Shown: positions 60,280 through 64,000 of the stretch, piece after piece
Layout: every line of letters starts with the position of its first letter
Numbering within the stretch: position 1 is the first letter of the stretch
DNA from: Chrysomallon squamiferum
Lineage: Eukaryota; Animalia; Mollusca
NCBI GenBank assembly: GCA_012295275.1
Contig: CM022669.1
Coordinates: 6,758,001 to 6,822,000, forward strand
Direction of reading: 5' to 3'
Length of the DNA: 64,000 nucleotides
Notes under the pieces: generated by a model
The model's input: only the letters and a program-made list of their open reading frames with translations
Told to the model about the DNA's origin: nothing
Databases searched by the model: none
Position numbers and translations under genes: made by a program

Positions 60280-61683
60280 AATATACCACGCCGCACCACA
60301 CAACACCAAACATAACCGTAACCATTATTATTTAAACATACCAAATCATACCATACCATAACCATTGCTGTATCTACCATACATATACACACGTGCACAC
60401 AAATATACATATATCGCATGGATGTAATCAAACGAAGAACTAAAGGATATTTGCGTGTTTCTCTGTCTTTGAATGTGTGTGTGTGTGTGTGTGTGTGTAT
60501 ACATGGATGTGTGTTTATTAACATTTTTTAATCATTATTTCTTTGAAACAGAAGCTGTATTTATTCATTATTTTCTTTGATTTATTTTTAAAACGAAATT
60601 TAACAATTTTGAAACATTATAGAAACCATTATTATTTGTTTATTAATTTATTATATATTTATTACCATGACATTATGATCTTTATTAGTAGTAGTCATTT
60701 CATTTTATTTTTATTTGTTTTTATTATTTATTTATATATACATATATATATATTTTTTTAAATAACACAGAAAATTATGAGAGTCATGAATAAAATATTT
60801 GAAAAGTAACCATGTCACGTAATATAACATAAAGAACAATGGTGTAAAAATAAAAACTTACTGCGGCACACAGAATTAACAAGAACAAGGCGAAGTCCAT
60901 GGTTTGTTCCGGAAGCCAAGAATTACTCACTACGACAACACGTCTCGTTTAAACCGCCACTTTCAAACAGCCGCACAAAAAATAGCAACTGTCGTCTGCA
61001 ACCAAACTCTTCTGCTCCCAACGTCGTCGTCTGTTACTGACGTCTTCTGCTATAAGCATTTTCTGCTACCCATGTCCACTGCTAGTAAGTAGTGCTTCAT
61101 ATATTATAACGTTGTCTCTCGCCAGTCTTGTCTACGATATTATTGTACACCGAGTTGACTTTTATCAGAGTCGTCCTGCTATCAGTTCCGTCTGCTACCG
61201 GCTTTCGGACACGTGGGTCCAGATAAAATTAATCTGCAGCAGTTTTACGAATGACCTCCTCCTCAGTGTGTGTGTGTGTGTGTAACAGTAGCATTTGTAA
61301 ACATCGGTACCGAAATCAGGGACACACTTTTACTTTTACGTCCACGAACAGAAACCTCCACTTTCTCCGGCCCGTGATTTTCACCCTCCTTCAGCTACCT
61401 GTGCGATAGTGTGACAGTTTTAATCTGGTACACGGTGATTACACTACAGCTCCGAACTGCCCCCATTCGAGTACACGGCCAGTGACAGGTTTACGTTGCC
61501 AGTTTTGTGAACGAACAGAGACAAAGACTAAATAACGTCACACGTTAACGTCAGTCAAAAATTAAAATTAAAAACTAAAAACCTCGATTAGTGTTAATAT
61601 TTCTGTTAAAAACAGTATTAAATATTGTTAATTTAAAAAGTCGCCGAGTCCATGTTTCGTGAAAAATAATATTCTTGACTCAC

Positions 61684-62000
61684 CAGCGACTGCATGACCA
61701 CTGTGGATATTTTTTTGCACCGATCATGTATCTAATATGTTATCCTGTTACAAATTTCACCACTTTATGAGAAGCTCGAGTTTAATGTCCAGGATGATAA
61801 AAAAACACAAAAAAAAAAAACCACGCAGATATCTCACGTTTAAATTTAACATTGTGTAGCTGTATGTCTTCTCGTCTTCTCTGCGAACACAAACACACGT
61901 GGAAACATTTCACAACGCTATCTACGACAAAAACAGTAAACTCGACAGTCCTGGATTTCCTAACGACTCTTCTCTACACTGACTTCCTCGATGATAATTC
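61684..62000 (-). other. Candidate upstream non-coding exon of madd-4 long isoform (5' boundary unknown)
   Basis: Strong donor CTG|GTGAGT at 61684/61683, lying downstream of a CpG-rich stretch (61.8-62.8 kb). Confidence 0.3.
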
Positions 62001-62913
62001 ATAAATATAATTATATAAAAACAAAAAATTAATGATAACAGTAATTAAAATCCGGTCAGAGAGAGAGAGAGAGAGAGAGAAAAAAAAAAAAAAAAAAAGG
62101 ATTACCACAACACACAATAAATTAACGAGTCGACCTCCTCTCTACGAAATAAAACAAACAAACAAAAACGTCGTCCTTGTCTCTCTCAGCATTATCAGAT
62201 CCTATCCTCGCAAGCGTTGCCACCCTGTCTCTCCAGCGACTGCCAAGCAAAACGACTGCAGAGCCTGAGAGCCGCTCGTTCGCTGATAGCCCGGCTGTCG
62301 AGTCGGTCCCAGCGCGTTACGCAAAACTCGTTGAAAGGAAGGCATTTTACGCATACCATCTATTTACACACGCCAACATAATCTCAACTGGAGTTCCATT
62401 CTACACGTTGTATGTATGTATGTATGTATCTACTCAGCGCAAATACACACGATACACCCCGCCACCCAAACGTCAGTGTCCGCTTGCCAAAATAATAAAA
62501 AAAAAAAAAAAAAAAAAAGAAGAAATTAAATGAGTGAGAAAGGAACATATATAAATATCTATCAGTTATGAATAACGACTGTCTCAGGTTATTATTTGTC
62601 AGGTAACACATATTTTTCACGCATAATATATCAAAGACGTGATAAGAATACTGTAAATTTAAAACATTTATTCTAGCGTGTCTCTCGCTACGACACGATC
62701 CGATTATAGACTGATCCCGCAACGCGACACATTACCGAGGCAATTAATTGTATGTCTGTTGATAAACTGAACGTAACAAAACACGAGTGAACGGTTTGCT
62801 GGGAATTCACTGACGGGTGTCGGTTGAACTGTGCATACGATTATTTATAGACATTTATCTTGTCACATTTTTCTACCACAGATTAATAAAGTCATAACGT
62901 CCTAAGAAGAAAG

Positions 62914-62958
<45 letters not shown>

Positions 62959-63087
62959 ATTATTGCTATTGTTCTTCTTGTTGTTTATTTATTTGTTGTT
63001 TGATTTGTTTTACGTGGTGTTCTTTTACATAAAAACGTTATTAAAATGATTATGAAAATATTATGAATATTTTGTTTGTTTATATCC

Positions 63088-63179
<92 letters not shown>

Positions 63180-63494
63180 TCTCTTCCTCTCTCCTCTCCC
63201 CCTCTCTCTGGAGTTTTCTTTTTTCCTCTTCTCACCTTTTTCTTAATTTTAGCTAACCTTCCCAGTTAATTTTTATCTTATCTTTCTATCGCTCTACCTC
63301 AGTTTATCTCAGTCTGTTCCTGTCTGTATGTCGCTCTATCTTCAATTCTTCCTCCGTCAAAATTTCATAAATAATCTGACAGTAGAAAAAGTATTGACTA
63401 TTTAGTCACGTAGATGTCTGTGCCAAGCTTCCAATAATATAGATCCAAAAATATTTTTGGATTATAAATCATTTCCTGGCTTAAAAATATATTC

Positions 63495-63525
<31 letters not shown>

Positions 63526-63869
63526 CTTTTCTTTTTTTTTTTAGTAATAAATTTTGAAACAATCTTTTTCTCATTGTAATTGTTTCTATTTGCGGCTGCT
63601 GTTCTGAAAATACAGCCGAAAACGATCTTAGAACAAACGATGAAATAAAAAAAAAGGAAAAAAAAATCTCGTACAGTTTCAAAAGAATTATTGTCATGTA
63701 ATATTTTTTATTTTTATTTTTATTTTTTATTTTTTTTTATTTTTTTTTTTTCTGAATAAACTGGGCTTAACTTTATTTTAAACGAACGGTACGGAAGATA
63801 AATTAACAAGTAACTTTGCCTTGACAAAATTTCTATTCAAGCTGGAGACATGGAATAAACCTCTTTTTT

Positions 63870-64000
<131 letters not shown>

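Overview
AT-rich, microsatellite-dense eukaryotic (invertebrate animal; mollusc/cephalopod-like by inference only) genomic DNA with four spliced genes reconstructed by hand. (1) KHDC4/BLOM7 splicing factor on the minus strand, running off the left edge. (2) A divergently transcribed KNOP1-like lysine-rich nucleolar protein with a C-terminal SMAP domain; single coding exon with two 1-nt deletions. (3) A complete 19-exon VPS33B (minus). (4) A ~32 kb MADD-4/Punctin (ADAMTSL1/3-type) gene (minus, 17 coding exons, ~1022 aa: signal peptide, 11 TSP1 repeats, Cys-rich module with no spacer, one Ig, PLAC) carrying five 1-nt indels that are most likely long-read consensus errors. Most interesting: a hidden, in-frame second signal-peptide exon (31767-31830) inside the ~10 kb intron, predicting an internal-promoter short Punctin isoform like nematode MADD-4B. 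Also notable are a dense same-strand ACGTG (bHLH-PAS: HIF/Sim-type) cluster upstream of the long-isoform start and a sharp CpG-depleted/CpG-rich boundary at ~16.7 kb consistent with mosaic gene-body methylation. No prokaryotic features, rRNA, intact tRNA or CRISPR were seen.
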